Shown here in pieces: positions 8,098 to 16,490 of a DNA stretch of 64,000 nt; positions within the stretch are counted from its first letter, which is position 1; each line of letters begins with the position of its first letter. This stretch comes from an uncultured Candidatus Saccharibacteria bacterium. Its GTDB lineage: Bacteria; Patescibacteriota; Saccharimonadia; Saccharimonadales; JAGQNJ01. The notes under the pieces are model-generated. The model saw only the letters and a program-made list of their open reading frames with translations. It was not told the DNA's origin and made no database searches. The DNA lies in contig OZ246406.1 of assembly GCA_965231045.1 (NCBI GenBank), positions 116,295 to 180,294 of the forward strand, written 5' to 3'. The position numbers were made by a program, and so were the translations under genes.

Positions 8098-8736
8098 TCA
8101 AACAATGAATGAGCGGGTTTCAACAACCAGCTCATTCTTGTATATGTAATCAGTCAATATATTAATTGTTTCTCTTTGGAGCTTAGAAAACTGATCTCGT
8201 TCCTCTTTTGAAAACTTGGCCAACACAAAGTCGGCACTGTCAATTTTATCGCTTAATTCGTTTCGAATCCCCACACGTACTCGATTAAAATTTTCACCAA
8301 TATGTTGGATTACTGATTTAATACCGTTATTACCTGCTGCTCCGCCGCCAATACGGGTTCGAATCTGTCCAAATGGAACATCTAGCTCATCATGAACCAC
8401 AAGTGTCTGTTCGGGGATAATCTTGTAAAAGCCTTGTACGGCCTGTACGGCCTTGCCGCTGTTGTTCATGAGTGTCGTGGGCTTTATGGCGATTACGCGT
8501 GTATCTCCTAATCTGAGGCTTGTAATGTGGCTGGAGAGGTCTTTTTTTTCGTGCCAGGCCGGAAACTCCTGTTGCTTGGTAAAGGCGTCTATAAGCTCAA
8601 AGCCAATGTTATGCCTTGTGCCTTCAAACTCTTTACCAATATTTCCTAAGCCAACTAGTAAAATGGTTTTCTCGGAACCTAAGGTAAATAAGGGCGAATG
8701 AGTCCCTGTTTCATTTTTCTTAACGAATAAACCCAT
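8098..8736 (-). CDS. pth: Peptidyl-tRNA hydrolase
   Basis: LLVGLGNIGKEFEGTRHNIGF is the canonical Pth N-terminal motif. About 24 extra N-terminal residues mean the start is uncertain. Confidence 0.92.
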   Translation of the reverse strand: MGLFVKKNETGTHSPLFTLGSEKTILLVGLGNIGKEFEGTRHNIGFELIDAFTKQQEFPAWHEKKDLSSHITSLRLGDTRVIAIKPTTLMNNSGKAVQAVQGFYKIIPEQTLVVHDELDVPFGQIRTRIGGGAAGNNGIKSVIQHIGENFNRVRVGIRNELSDKIDSADFVLAKFSKEERDQFSKLQRETINILTDYIYKNELVVETRSFIV

Positions 8737-8749
8737 GAATATTAGTGTA

Positions 8750-10063
8750 TCAACTTTTTTCGATGAACCAGAACTTTATCGGTGTTCCGATAAGGTCATA
8801 TTTTTCGCGTAGACTGCGCTCCATAAAGCGCTTATAACTCCAGTGCATTAGCTTAGTATGTGAGCCAAACACTTTGAAGCTTGGTGTTGGGTTGTCATCT
8901 TCCTGAACTATATAGCGTAGCTTAGGCATGGTGTTTTTAAGCCCAGCTGGTGGGTGGGCATCGATAACTGTTTTAAGCCAACGGTTTAATTCTGGGGTAG
9001 CAATTTTTTGCTTACGTCGCTTAGATATTTCGAGCACAAGGTCGAATAGTTTGGCTACGTTTTGGCCGGTAACTGAGCTAGTAAAAATCAGTGGTGCCCA
9101 TGGTACAAAGATAAAATTATGTTGTATTTGAGGTGCCAGTTGATCACGAGTGAAGGCATCCTTATCTAGAGAATCCCATTTACTAACGACCAGTACCAGT
9201 CCCTTCCCTGACTCTTTAATCATGCCGGCAATTTTTTGATCTAGCTGAACATTGAGTTCATTGGCATCCATAAGTAAAAAACAGATGTCGGCCTGCTCGA
9301 TAGCGCTAAGGCTGCGTATGACGCTGAACTTCTCTACCCCCTGCTCTATCTTGCCACTGCGACGGATACCAGCCGTGTCCATAAGCTCAATCTCTTGCCC
9401 ATTGTATTTAACGACAGTTCGGTTAATATCACGTGTTGTTCCGGCCTTATCGGCCACGATAGCCTGCTGCTTTTTAGCTAAAGTGTTAAACAGATGTGAT
9501 TTACCTACGTTTGGTCGACCGAGCAACGCTACGCGAATACGGTTATCATCTTCTTTTAGCTGTTGTTTTGGAATATCATCAACGACTTTATCTAGTAGCT
9601 CGTCAATACCCCGATTTTGTGAAGCGGTGGTTAGAAAGATATCTTTTATGCCAAGTCGGCGAAAATCATCGACGGTAGCTTTGGGCGCTTTATCGGCTTT
9701 GTTCACGACTAAGATAACTGGCTTCTTGCTTTTAAGGGCAAGCTTGGCGACTCGACGATCTTCTTCGGTGATTGCTACATTTGCCTCTATGACAACCCAG
9801 ATAATATCCGCACTATCAGCAGCTTGAGTTATTTGTTCTTGAATAGTGAATTCAAAGTCGTCCTCTGGGTCTTTCATCCCGGCTGTGTCAACAAGCCAAA
9901 AATCATGATGACTCCAGGTGGCTTTGGCTACAATGCTGTCTCTGGTTGTACCAGGCTCATTAGCCACAATTGCCTCCCGCCTACGCAGGACAGAATTAAA
10001 AAGGCTCGATTTACCAACATTGGCTCGGCCCACAATTGCAACGATCGGAAGTTTGTTATTCAT
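8750..10063 (-). CDS. der: Ribosome-associated GTPase Der/EngA
   Basis: Two tandem GTPase domains (GRANVGKSSLFN...DTAG and GRPNVGKSHLFN...DTAG, each with NKxD/SKWD) plus a C-terminal KH-like domain. Confidence 0.96.
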   Translation of the reverse strand: MNNKLPIVAIVGRANVGKSSLFNSVLRRREAIVANEPGTTRDSIVAKATWSHHDFWLVDTAGMKDPEDDFEFTIQEQITQAADSADIIWVVIEANVAITEEDRRVAKLALKSKKPVILVVNKADKAPKATVDDFRRLGIKDIFLTTASQNRGIDELLDKVVDDIPKQQLKEDDNRIRVALLGRPNVGKSHLFNTLAKKQQAIVADKAGTTRDINRTVVKYNGQEIELMDTAGIRRSGKIEQGVEKFSVIRSLSAIEQADICFLLMDANELNVQLDQKIAGMIKESGKGLVLVVSKWDSLDKDAFTRDQLAPQIQHNFIFVPWAPLIFTSSVTGQNVAKLFDLVLEISKRRKQKIATPELNRWLKTVIDAHPPAGLKNTMPKLRYIVQEDDNPTPSFKVFGSHTKLMHWSYKRFMERSLREKYDLIGTPIKFWFIEKS

Positions 10064-10110
10064 TTGAGATTATTATAACAGAGGTAGAGGCGCTTGACAA
10101 CGCATAATTT

Positions 10111-10758
10111 TTATTTTACTGTTTTGAACTTTCCTGATTTTAAGTCGCCCAGGCTGTATTCGCCAAAGTTTGTGCGGTGGAGTTTGTTTACTTTGTAGCC
10201 AAGAGCTGCAAAAGTTCGGCGGATTTGGCGATTCCGCCCCTCACTCATGGTCACTTGCCAATGCTCCCCCGCTCCATCAAGTTTTAATTTGCTCGGCCCA
10301 TCTTCTAGCTCGATCCCATTTTCAATAACTTGTTTGTCAGTGGTTGTTAATTTCTTGTCGAGCATGATTTCATAAATTTTGTTTTTACGGTATTTAGGAT
10401 GTGTAAGTTCATTGGCGTATCGGCCGTCATTGGTTAGCAGCAGTAGACCTGAGGAGTCTTTATCTAGCCGCCCGACAGGTTTTAAATTGTGAAGTTCATT
10501 TGGCAAAAGTTCATAAATTGTCTTGCTGCCCTGACCTTCTCTGGAACAAACGTAGCCCACAGGTTTATTGAGCAGTATTGTTACGATTCCCATCTGGGTT
10601 ATAGGTTTGTTGTCAATCAGAACTAAATCATTCTCCTGAACAATATCACCTAATTTTGCTGGTGCTTTATTTATACTAACTCGCCCGGCTTCAATTACCT
10701 TATCTGCTGCTCGGCGTGAAATGCCTGTTGCTAAAGCAATATATTGGTTAATACGCAT
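10111..10758 (-). CDS. Pseudouridine synthase, RsuA/RluB family
   Basis: N-terminal S4 domain (MRINQYIALATGISRRAADKVI) and the catalytic motif GRLDKDSSGLLLLTNDG. Confidence 0.88.
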   Translation of the reverse strand: MRINQYIALATGISRRAADKVIEAGRVSINKAPAKLGDIVQENDLVLIDNKPITQMGIVTILLNKPVGYVCSREGQGSKTIYELLPNELHNLKPVGRLDKDSSGLLLLTNDGRYANELTHPKYRKNKIYEIMLDKKLTTTDKQVIENGIELEDGPSKLKLDGAGEHWQVTMSEGRNRQIRRTFAALGYKVNKLHRTNFGEYSLGDLKSGKFKTVK

Positions 10759-10790
10759 GGTATTAGCCTAAAAACTTTAATGACGAATGT

Positions 10791-12248
10791 CTAGAGTGCA
10801 ATGTTACCTGGGCTGGCTGGAGGCGTTTCGTTCTCGGCGGGTGGCGCTGGCGTGACTGATCCCTGACCGGTCAAGTTACTGGCGTCTGGTGATGCTGCAG
10901 GGGATGTTGTATCCGAAGGCATATTTGTACTAACAGTTCCCCCAGGAGCTATTACTGTGTTGGCACTTGGTGGCGTTAGAGCGTCATTGGCTTCTTCTTT
11001 GGCAAGTAAGGCTTGCAAATCGGGACCCGAATCATTGGGATCTGTTAGTGGAGTAATAACTCGTTCTCCACCACGCTTTTTAGCGAGTTGTGGTTCGTCT
11101 GAAGTTTCTTCTTCCTTGGTGTCGGATTTTTCTTCTTTTTCGTCGCTACTATCTGAAGGGGCTGATTTATCCCCAACTAAGTTATCAATAGCATTAGCTA
11201 AAGATTGATCAGCATCAGATCCAGATGAGTTCACGGGCGCTTCACTCGTTTTCTCGGCCTTAGGTGTTTCGTCCGACTTATCATCTGCGACAGTTACAGG
11301 TATTGAGGTTGCTGTAGTTGGTTTGATCATTACTGGGCTAGGTGCACCAATAACTTCCTCAGTAAAATCACTACTAACGGCTGGCGCTGAAGTTGCTAGC
11401 CCATCTTGTTTATCTATAGTTGCTGAATCATTACCGACTGCTTGAGCTATTTGCTCGTTGACCACCGACTCTTCTTCTGACGTCGGCGAGCTAAGCTCCT
11501 CACTAGAGTGTGATAGATTACCATCTGGAGTTATATTTATCGTTGGTTTTTCATCGCTATCCTTTTCTAGGGGCGGATTGCTTGAGGTTGTCGAGTCGAC
11601 TACTTCATTAGTCGAGCTTCTTTTTAGGTCGTCAGGTTCTGAGACGGTTTTGGCTGATGAGTCAGTTCCTGAAGCATTATTATTGTCGACTGGTGATGTT
11701 GTCGGTGCTGGCGTAACTGGCACTTCTTCTGCGGGTGGTTCGGTTACAGCGACAGGAGCCGGAGCTACAGGCGCGGTATCGTTAACAGGATTGTCGTCTG
11801 AGGGTTGATTCGTTGGTGTATTATCGCTTGGCGGCAGTGCTGGAGTTGGTGTACTAGCTGGAGGTGTTGCTCCTCCACTATTCCCAGAAAGTATTTCACC
11901 AGCAACTTTAACCACATCCTCAAGAGTAACCTGTGATTTAACAAGATAGCGATCAGCACCAAGCTTTTCAGCCCGAGTTTTATCCTCGGCTTGGCTTAGG
12001 GCGGTCATCATAATTATTCTAGTATCTTTGGTTTCGGGAGTGCTTCTTAATATGTCCAACATATCAAAACCACTAACTTTAGGCATCATAATGTCAGCAA
12101 TAATTAGGTCAGGACGCTCTTTTACAGCTAGAGCCAAAGCTTCTTCGCCGTCTTGGGCAGAAACAATTTCGTAACCTTCTGCGGCCAGTCGTGCTTCATA
12201 TATTTCACGGAGGTTGTTATCATCCTCAACCAACATGATTTTTGCCAT
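10791..12248 (-). CDS. Response regulator: receiver domain followed by a ~365-aa low-complexity P/T/S/D/E-rich tail, with no recognisable output domain
   Basis: The receiver is MAKIMLVEDDNNLREIY...DLIIADIMMPKVSGFD...TALSQ...KLGADRYLVK. The remainder is compositionally biased. Confidence 0.85.
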   Translation of the reverse strand: MAKIMLVEDDNNLREIYEARLAAEGYEIVSAQDGEEALALAVKERPDLIIADIMMPKVSGFDMLDILRSTPETKDTRIIMMTALSQAEDKTRAEKLGADRYLVKSQVTLEDVVKVAGEILSGNSGGATPPASTPTPALPPSDNTPTNQPSDDNPVNDTAPVAPAPVAVTEPPAEEVPVTPAPTTSPVDNNNASGTDSSAKTVSEPDDLKRSSTNEVVDSTTSSNPPLEKDSDEKPTINITPDGNLSHSSEELSSPTSEEESVVNEQIAQAVGNDSATIDKQDGLATSAPAVSSDFTEEVIGAPSPVMIKPTTATSIPVTVADDKSDETPKAEKTSEAPVNSSGSDADQSLANAIDNLVGDKSAPSDSSDEKEEKSDTKEEETSDEPQLAKKRGGERVITPLTDPNDSGPDLQALLAKEEANDALTPPSANTVIAPGGTVSTNMPSDTTSPAASPDASNLTGQGSVTPAPPAENETPPASPGNIAL

Positions 12249-12298
12249 ACATATTCCTTTGCTTCTTTTCTAAATGCTTATGTCTTTATCAAATTGTA

Positions 12299-13618
12299 TC
12301 ATGAACTTGTTAAAGATGTTACTTCGGGCAATTTTGTTGAGCTACTCTCTGTTGTCTGGAGCTCAGTTGCCTTTTGGTTTGTCAGGCGAGGTATGTTTAT
12401 GAAAAATGTACTGCCCTTGCCTAGATCACTTTCGACCCAAATGCGACCTCCATATAACTCAACAATTTTTCGACAGATGAATAGCCCCAGCCCTGTACCG
12501 CCGATGGTACGAGTAGCTGAGTTATCAACTCGGTAGAATTTTTCAAATAGGTGCGGTATGTCCTCACCAGGGATCCCTGGCCCAGTATCCTTGATATAAA
12601 ATTGCACGACTTCATTGTTGCCGGTGAGCCCGATTGATATTTTGCCAGTATCAGTGTATTTCACGGCATTATCAAAAAGATTAGTGATTACCTCTTGAAG
12701 TCGGTCTGGGTCGGCATGTACATAGTACAGAGGCTTGATAACTTTATTACCACCGCTTGCATCAATGGTTTGATTAGCAGTGCCGATAGTAAACTCCATG
12801 GCTAGGCTTTTCTTTTGAGCGGCAAATTTAAGGTCTTCAACCAGTTTTTCAAGAAATTGTCCCATTTCAACCACCACGGGGTGGCTGGATAGACGGCCAT
12901 CTTCGGCTTTAGCTGAGGTGAGCAAATCTTGGAAGAGCTTACCAAGGTGCTGGGTTGATGTGTGGGCTTTCTCAAGATAATCACGGGCTTTGGTATCAAT
13001 CTTGGCAACTTTATCATTCATGGCTAGCGCTAAGTAACCTTCAATTGCGGCGACTGGTGTGCGCATTTCATGACTAGCCGTGCTAATAAACTCAGCTCGC
13101 TGACGTTCCTCACTACGCTCCTTACTAACATCACGGAACACCCCAACTGCGCCAGTTACATTACCCTCTTTATCAAATAGTGGCGAAACACTTAAGTTAA
13201 CGGCTATTTTTTTATTGGAGCGTGAAACAAAAGTTGCATGATGATCACGAATCGTTGCCTTTTCGGAAAATACTCGTACCATCGGGTTATTAGCATTTAC
13301 GTACTCAGCACCTTTTTCATCAATTAGTTTGAGAACAAGGTGAAAGTCCAGACCTTCAGCCTCGTTACTTGGCCAGCCAAGTATCTTTGATGCTCCGGGG
13401 TTAAATATTCGAATAACATTGGAGGTGTCAATAAGGACAACCCCGTCATCTATTGCACTCAGAACAATATCAGACTTAAGTTTCTCGTTGTGTAGACTGG
13501 CCGCCAGGGGGTCCTTTTTAGTCTTTTGTTTCTTTGAACGACCCATTAGACTCATTAACAGCAGCAAGAACCCTAAAACAGCTAAAACAGAGCCACCGAT
13601 GATAATTAACATTTTCAT
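12299..13618 (-). CDS. Sensor histidine kinase (TM, PAS, HisKA, HATPase_c)
   Basis: H-box FISTASHEMRTPV, N-box LFDNAVKYT, and G-boxes DTGPGI and GGTGLGL. It has an N-terminal TM segment. Confidence 0.9.
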   Translation of the reverse strand: MKMLIIIGGSVLAVLGFLLLLMSLMGRSKKQKTKKDPLAASLHNEKLKSDIVLSAIDDGVVLIDTSNVIRIFNPGASKILGWPSNEAEGLDFHLVLKLIDEKGAEYVNANNPMVRVFSEKATIRDHHATFVSRSNKKIAVNLSVSPLFDKEGNVTGAVGVFRDVSKERSEERQRAEFISTASHEMRTPVAAIEGYLALAMNDKVAKIDTKARDYLEKAHTSTQHLGKLFQDLLTSAKAEDGRLSSHPVVVEMGQFLEKLVEDLKFAAQKKSLAMEFTIGTANQTIDASGGNKVIKPLYYVHADPDRLQEVITNLFDNAVKYTDTGKISIGLTGNNEVVQFYIKDTGPGIPGEDIPHLFEKFYRVDNSATRTIGGTGLGLFICRKIVELYGGRIWVESDLGKGSTFFINIPRLTNQKATELQTTESSSTKLPEVTSLTSS

Positions 13619-13721
13619 AATTGCTTACGGTTATTATCGCCGTTTTTTGTATCTGTTGCAACCTCTGGCAAAACCTTAACAGATATGATAAGATTCGGAA
13701 GTTCAAAATTATGTCTGACGA

Positions 13722-13796
13722 GGCCTCTTCGTCTAACGGTTAGGACACCAGGTTCTCATCCTGGCAATAGGGGTTCGATTCCCCTAGAGGTCACCA
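13722..13796 (+). tRNA. tRNA-Glu (anticodon CUC), CCA encoded
   Basis: Manual cloverleaf: acceptor GGCCTCT/AGAGGTC, anticodon stem CCAGG/CCTGG with loop TTCTCAT, T-arm GGGGTTCGATTCCCC, discriminator A, then CCA. Confidence 0.93.
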
Positions 13797-13804
13797 ATTT
13801 TGTT

Positions 13805-14473
13805 ATGCTAGATCATCATATACAACGAGCGATAGTTTACCGCCTGGCACTTAGCCACGAACTACATTTTACTGAGTTAAAACCTGATCAAATCGAGAAT
13901 AAGCTATTCACCTATCATCTTCACAAAGTTGAAAAAGCTGGGTATGTAAAAAAGGATAGTAACGGTCTTTATACACTAACACCGGAAGGTCGCCGGCTTG
14001 GGATTCGCGTACTCCAAAGTCAGCAAGCTCTAATTGACCAGCCAGAGTCAGTGCTATTTTTAGTAATTCGTCGCAAGTCGGATAATGCCTGGCTTTTGTA
14101 TAAAAGAAAAACCCACCCCCTTATTGATCGAGTCGGCTTTATGCACACAACGCCAAACGCCACTGAGGAGTCTATTGAGACGGCCAAAACGGCATGTAAG
14201 GCAGCTACCGGCCTAGACTGTACGTTCAAAGTCTTAGGCGGTGGATATTTTAGAGTCTATGACAAAGATGAGCTAGAGAGTTTTACGCACTTTACGCTTC
14301 TTGTCTGTGAAGATGCCACAGGTGATCTTGTCCAGAATGACGAATATGCTGATTATTATTGGGAGCAAGAGCCAGATTTTCTTGGTGAATCTATGCTCCC
14401 AAACATGCCGACCCTTGCCGAACTGTATAGGGCTGGAAAACTCTTCTTTATCGAAAAGACTTTGCATATTTAA
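13805..14473 (+). CDS. Winged-helix domain followed by a Nudix-fold-like protein (degenerate Nudix box)
   Basis: The tracked ORF starts at 13685 but overlaps the tRNA, so I take the ATG at 13805 as the start. The N-terminus QRAIVYRLAL...HLHKVEKAGYVKK is wHTH-like. The C-terminus GFMHTTPNATEESIETAKTACKAATGL occupies the Nudix-box position but lacks the REx2EE signature. Confidence 0.5.
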   Translation: MLDHHIQRAIVYRLALSHELHFTELKPDQIENKLFTYHLHKVEKAGYVKKDSNGLYTLTPEGRRLGIRVLQSQQALIDQPESVLFLVIRRKSDNAWLLYKRKTHPLIDRVGFMHTTPNATEESIETAKTACKAATGLDCTFKVLGGGYFRVYDKDELESFTHFTLLVCEDATGDLVQNDEYADYYWEQEPDFLGESMLPNMPTLAELYRAGKLFFIEKTLHI

Positions 14474-14477
14474 CGCC

Positions 14478-15233
14478 TTACGCTGCTAAATGTAACTCAG
14501 CTGCTTGGTGGTAGGCACGCGCTGCTTCATTTGGTGCTTCCCTTCGCCAATAGACCGACAGGTGGCTATCTGGGTCCGCAAGCTGTGCTACTGAAGGTGG
14601 TAAACCGATCTCGGCAGTCATAGTTCTAGAGTCGTCAAGTGCACGCAAACATCTTTGGCGAACTAGGTTTTGCGTATCAACACCTGTAAGTGGATACTGA
14701 CGAAGTGCATCACCAAGGTTCACGCAAGCTAGAGTCAAAGATGCTTTGCCAACTCGTCGCCCAAAGGTTTTTCTCAAGCGTTCTTCCTTACGTTCACTAG
14801 AGCCTATAGTTGTTATTAGTTCTTGGCCAGTTTGTCGAGCTTCGCTGAAATAAAACGCTGAATCACTAAGTAAATCATCAGAGCTTGGTCTAAATTCTGG
14901 CTCATGTGCAACCAAGAAGGGTAACTTTAATCTCCGTCGCATTACTTCATATTCAGCACCACGGGCGAAGCTGTACCACGCTGTATTTAACCCGGCCGCT
15001 GACAATACTCTTGAAGCAAAGTTAATATCATCAGGTCTGTGGACTATCTTCAATATAGTCGAAGCTACTGCTACTCCACGTTCTTGGTGCTCGGCTAGCA
15101 GCACTCCCCTATACAATCCACGTCGACGCTCAATCTCTTCCTCGTCGCGGGCTTTGGCTGGCACAAAATGTTTTGCTTCATCCAAGTGCTTAGTTGGTAA
15201 ATCAAAATCCTTGTATACTACTTCTTTTTCCAT
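14478..15233 (-). CDS. Hypothetical protein
   Basis: 251-aa ORF with ordinary composition. It is the last gene of a co-directional run after umuD, umuC and the HEAR-repeat gene. No motif recognised. Confidence 0.55.
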   Translation of the reverse strand: MEKEVVYKDFDLPTKHLDEAKHFVPAKARDEEEIERRRGLYRGVLLAEHQERGVAVASTILKIVHRPDDINFASRVLSAAGLNTAWYSFARGAEYEVMRRRLKLPFLVAHEPEFRPSSDDLLSDSAFYFSEARQTGQELITTIGSSERKEERLRKTFGRRVGKASLTLACVNLGDALRQYPLTGVDTQNLVRQRCLRALDDSRTMTAEIGLPPSVAQLADPDSHLSVYWRREAPNEAARAYHQAAELHLAA

Positions 15234-15303
15234 GCCCTAATCATGGGCTGGTGTATTCAAAATAGCAGTGAATACTTTTTCAGGGAAAAATTTTTCACCT
15301 AAC

Positions 15304-16455
15304 TTAAGCAGCTATTTTTAGGTAGTCTAGATATTCTTCCATGGGCCACATATCATCCATCACACCAAGTTGTTCAGCTTTAACTTCAACCTTGGCTGGC
15401 GACAGAGTCCCTTCTGAGTCGGCGACTAATCTTCTCACGATGACTTCTGTGTCTTTAGAGGACAACTCAATAAGTGATGATGCTGTCATGCCTGACTGCA
15501 TTGCAGAAACAAGCTTGTATTTAGCTACTCTGCGAATAAATTCTGTCGGTTGTTCTGTATCGTCTAAAGATTCCACAAGTTTTATTGGGAGTTGACCTTT
15601 ATTAATTTCTGAAAGGTATTCTGCGCAAGTTCTGCGTTGAGTCAATTTTTCTACTTCACTACGAATTGTATGCTCTGTAGTAATTTGCTCTTTGTATTTT
15701 GATAACGTGCCAAAATGGTTAACTATTGATCTAGTTGATGGCCCGCGTTTTCGTTTTGATAATTCATCAAAAACATCCCTAGTTAATTTTAGCTCCGGGT
15801 TCGCTTTGATTACTCGAACGCCATACTCGATATAATCCTCTTCCGCCCAGTCATTGATGTTCGGGAACCCTAACAATTCCTGTAAGGTGTCAACTCCGCC
15901 AACACGTCGCCTAATGTATGCGGCGCTAGGTCCTTTACCATTTTTGAACCAACGTTGGAAATCTGCTGTGGTAGGTTTTTTGCCATGTAATGCTCTGGCC
16001 ACTCTTCGCCCGTACTCTACAAAATCCCTGGTGCCCCACTCGCTATAGCGGCCACGAGCATAGCTATTATTTTCTCCTATGGCATCTTGAAATTGCCATA
16101 ATTTACCACCAAATTTGCCAGCTAGACTTTTTTGATATGGCCCCAACCCAAGTCTATAAGCACTTTCAATAACTGCTTCAGTTACATGTCTATCTTTGTC
16201 ATCGCTTTTTATCAAACCAGAAAGCCACTTGCCGTAAGCGACACAATCCTCTGCGGACCACTTGTTACGCCCCATCCCTTTGATGGCCGTACTTTCTGGA
16301 ATGATATCAAGATTATCTATAGCATCTAAAACGGGCACAATATCCCTTTGGTCATGACCAGAGTCTATGGCATCAGCAAGTGCTAATTCACCAATATACA
16401 GATCACCACTTAATACGTGGATGTATGTTTCTGGAGTACGTGCCTCAACACTCAT
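15304..16455 (-). CDS. Protein with three HEAR-like (homing-endonuclease-associated) repeats; no nuclease motif seen
   Basis: There are three modules of roughly 60 aa: KWSAEDCVAYGKWL...GPYQKSLAGKFGG, EWGTRDFVEYGRRV...GPSAAYIRRRVGG and DWAEEDYIEYGVRV...GPSTRSIVNHFGT. Confidence 0.6.
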   Translation of the reverse strand: MSVEARTPETYIHVLSGDLYIGELALADAIDSGHDQRDIVPVLDAIDNLDIIPESTAIKGMGRNKWSAEDCVAYGKWLSGLIKSDDKDRHVTEAVIESAYRLGLGPYQKSLAGKFGGKLWQFQDAIGENNSYARGRYSEWGTRDFVEYGRRVARALHGKKPTTADFQRWFKNGKGPSAAYIRRRVGGVDTLQELLGFPNINDWAEEDYIEYGVRVIKANPELKLTRDVFDELSKRKRGPSTRSIVNHFGTLSKYKEQITTEHTIRSEVEKLTQRRTCAEYLSEINKGQLPIKLVESLDDTEQPTEFIRRVAKYKLVSAMQSGMTASSLIELSSKDTEVIVRRLVADSEGTLSPAKVEVKAEQLGVMDDMWPMEEYLDYLKIAA

Positions 16456-16490
16456 ATCGTTGACATTATAACAAAATGATGTGATTAAAT

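Noticed and set aside
13685-13804. The 5' extension of ORF 13685-14473, and likewise ORF 33835-34212.
   Set aside because: These ORF segments are translations across the tRNA-Glu and tRNA-Ser genes. The tRNA calls take precedence.
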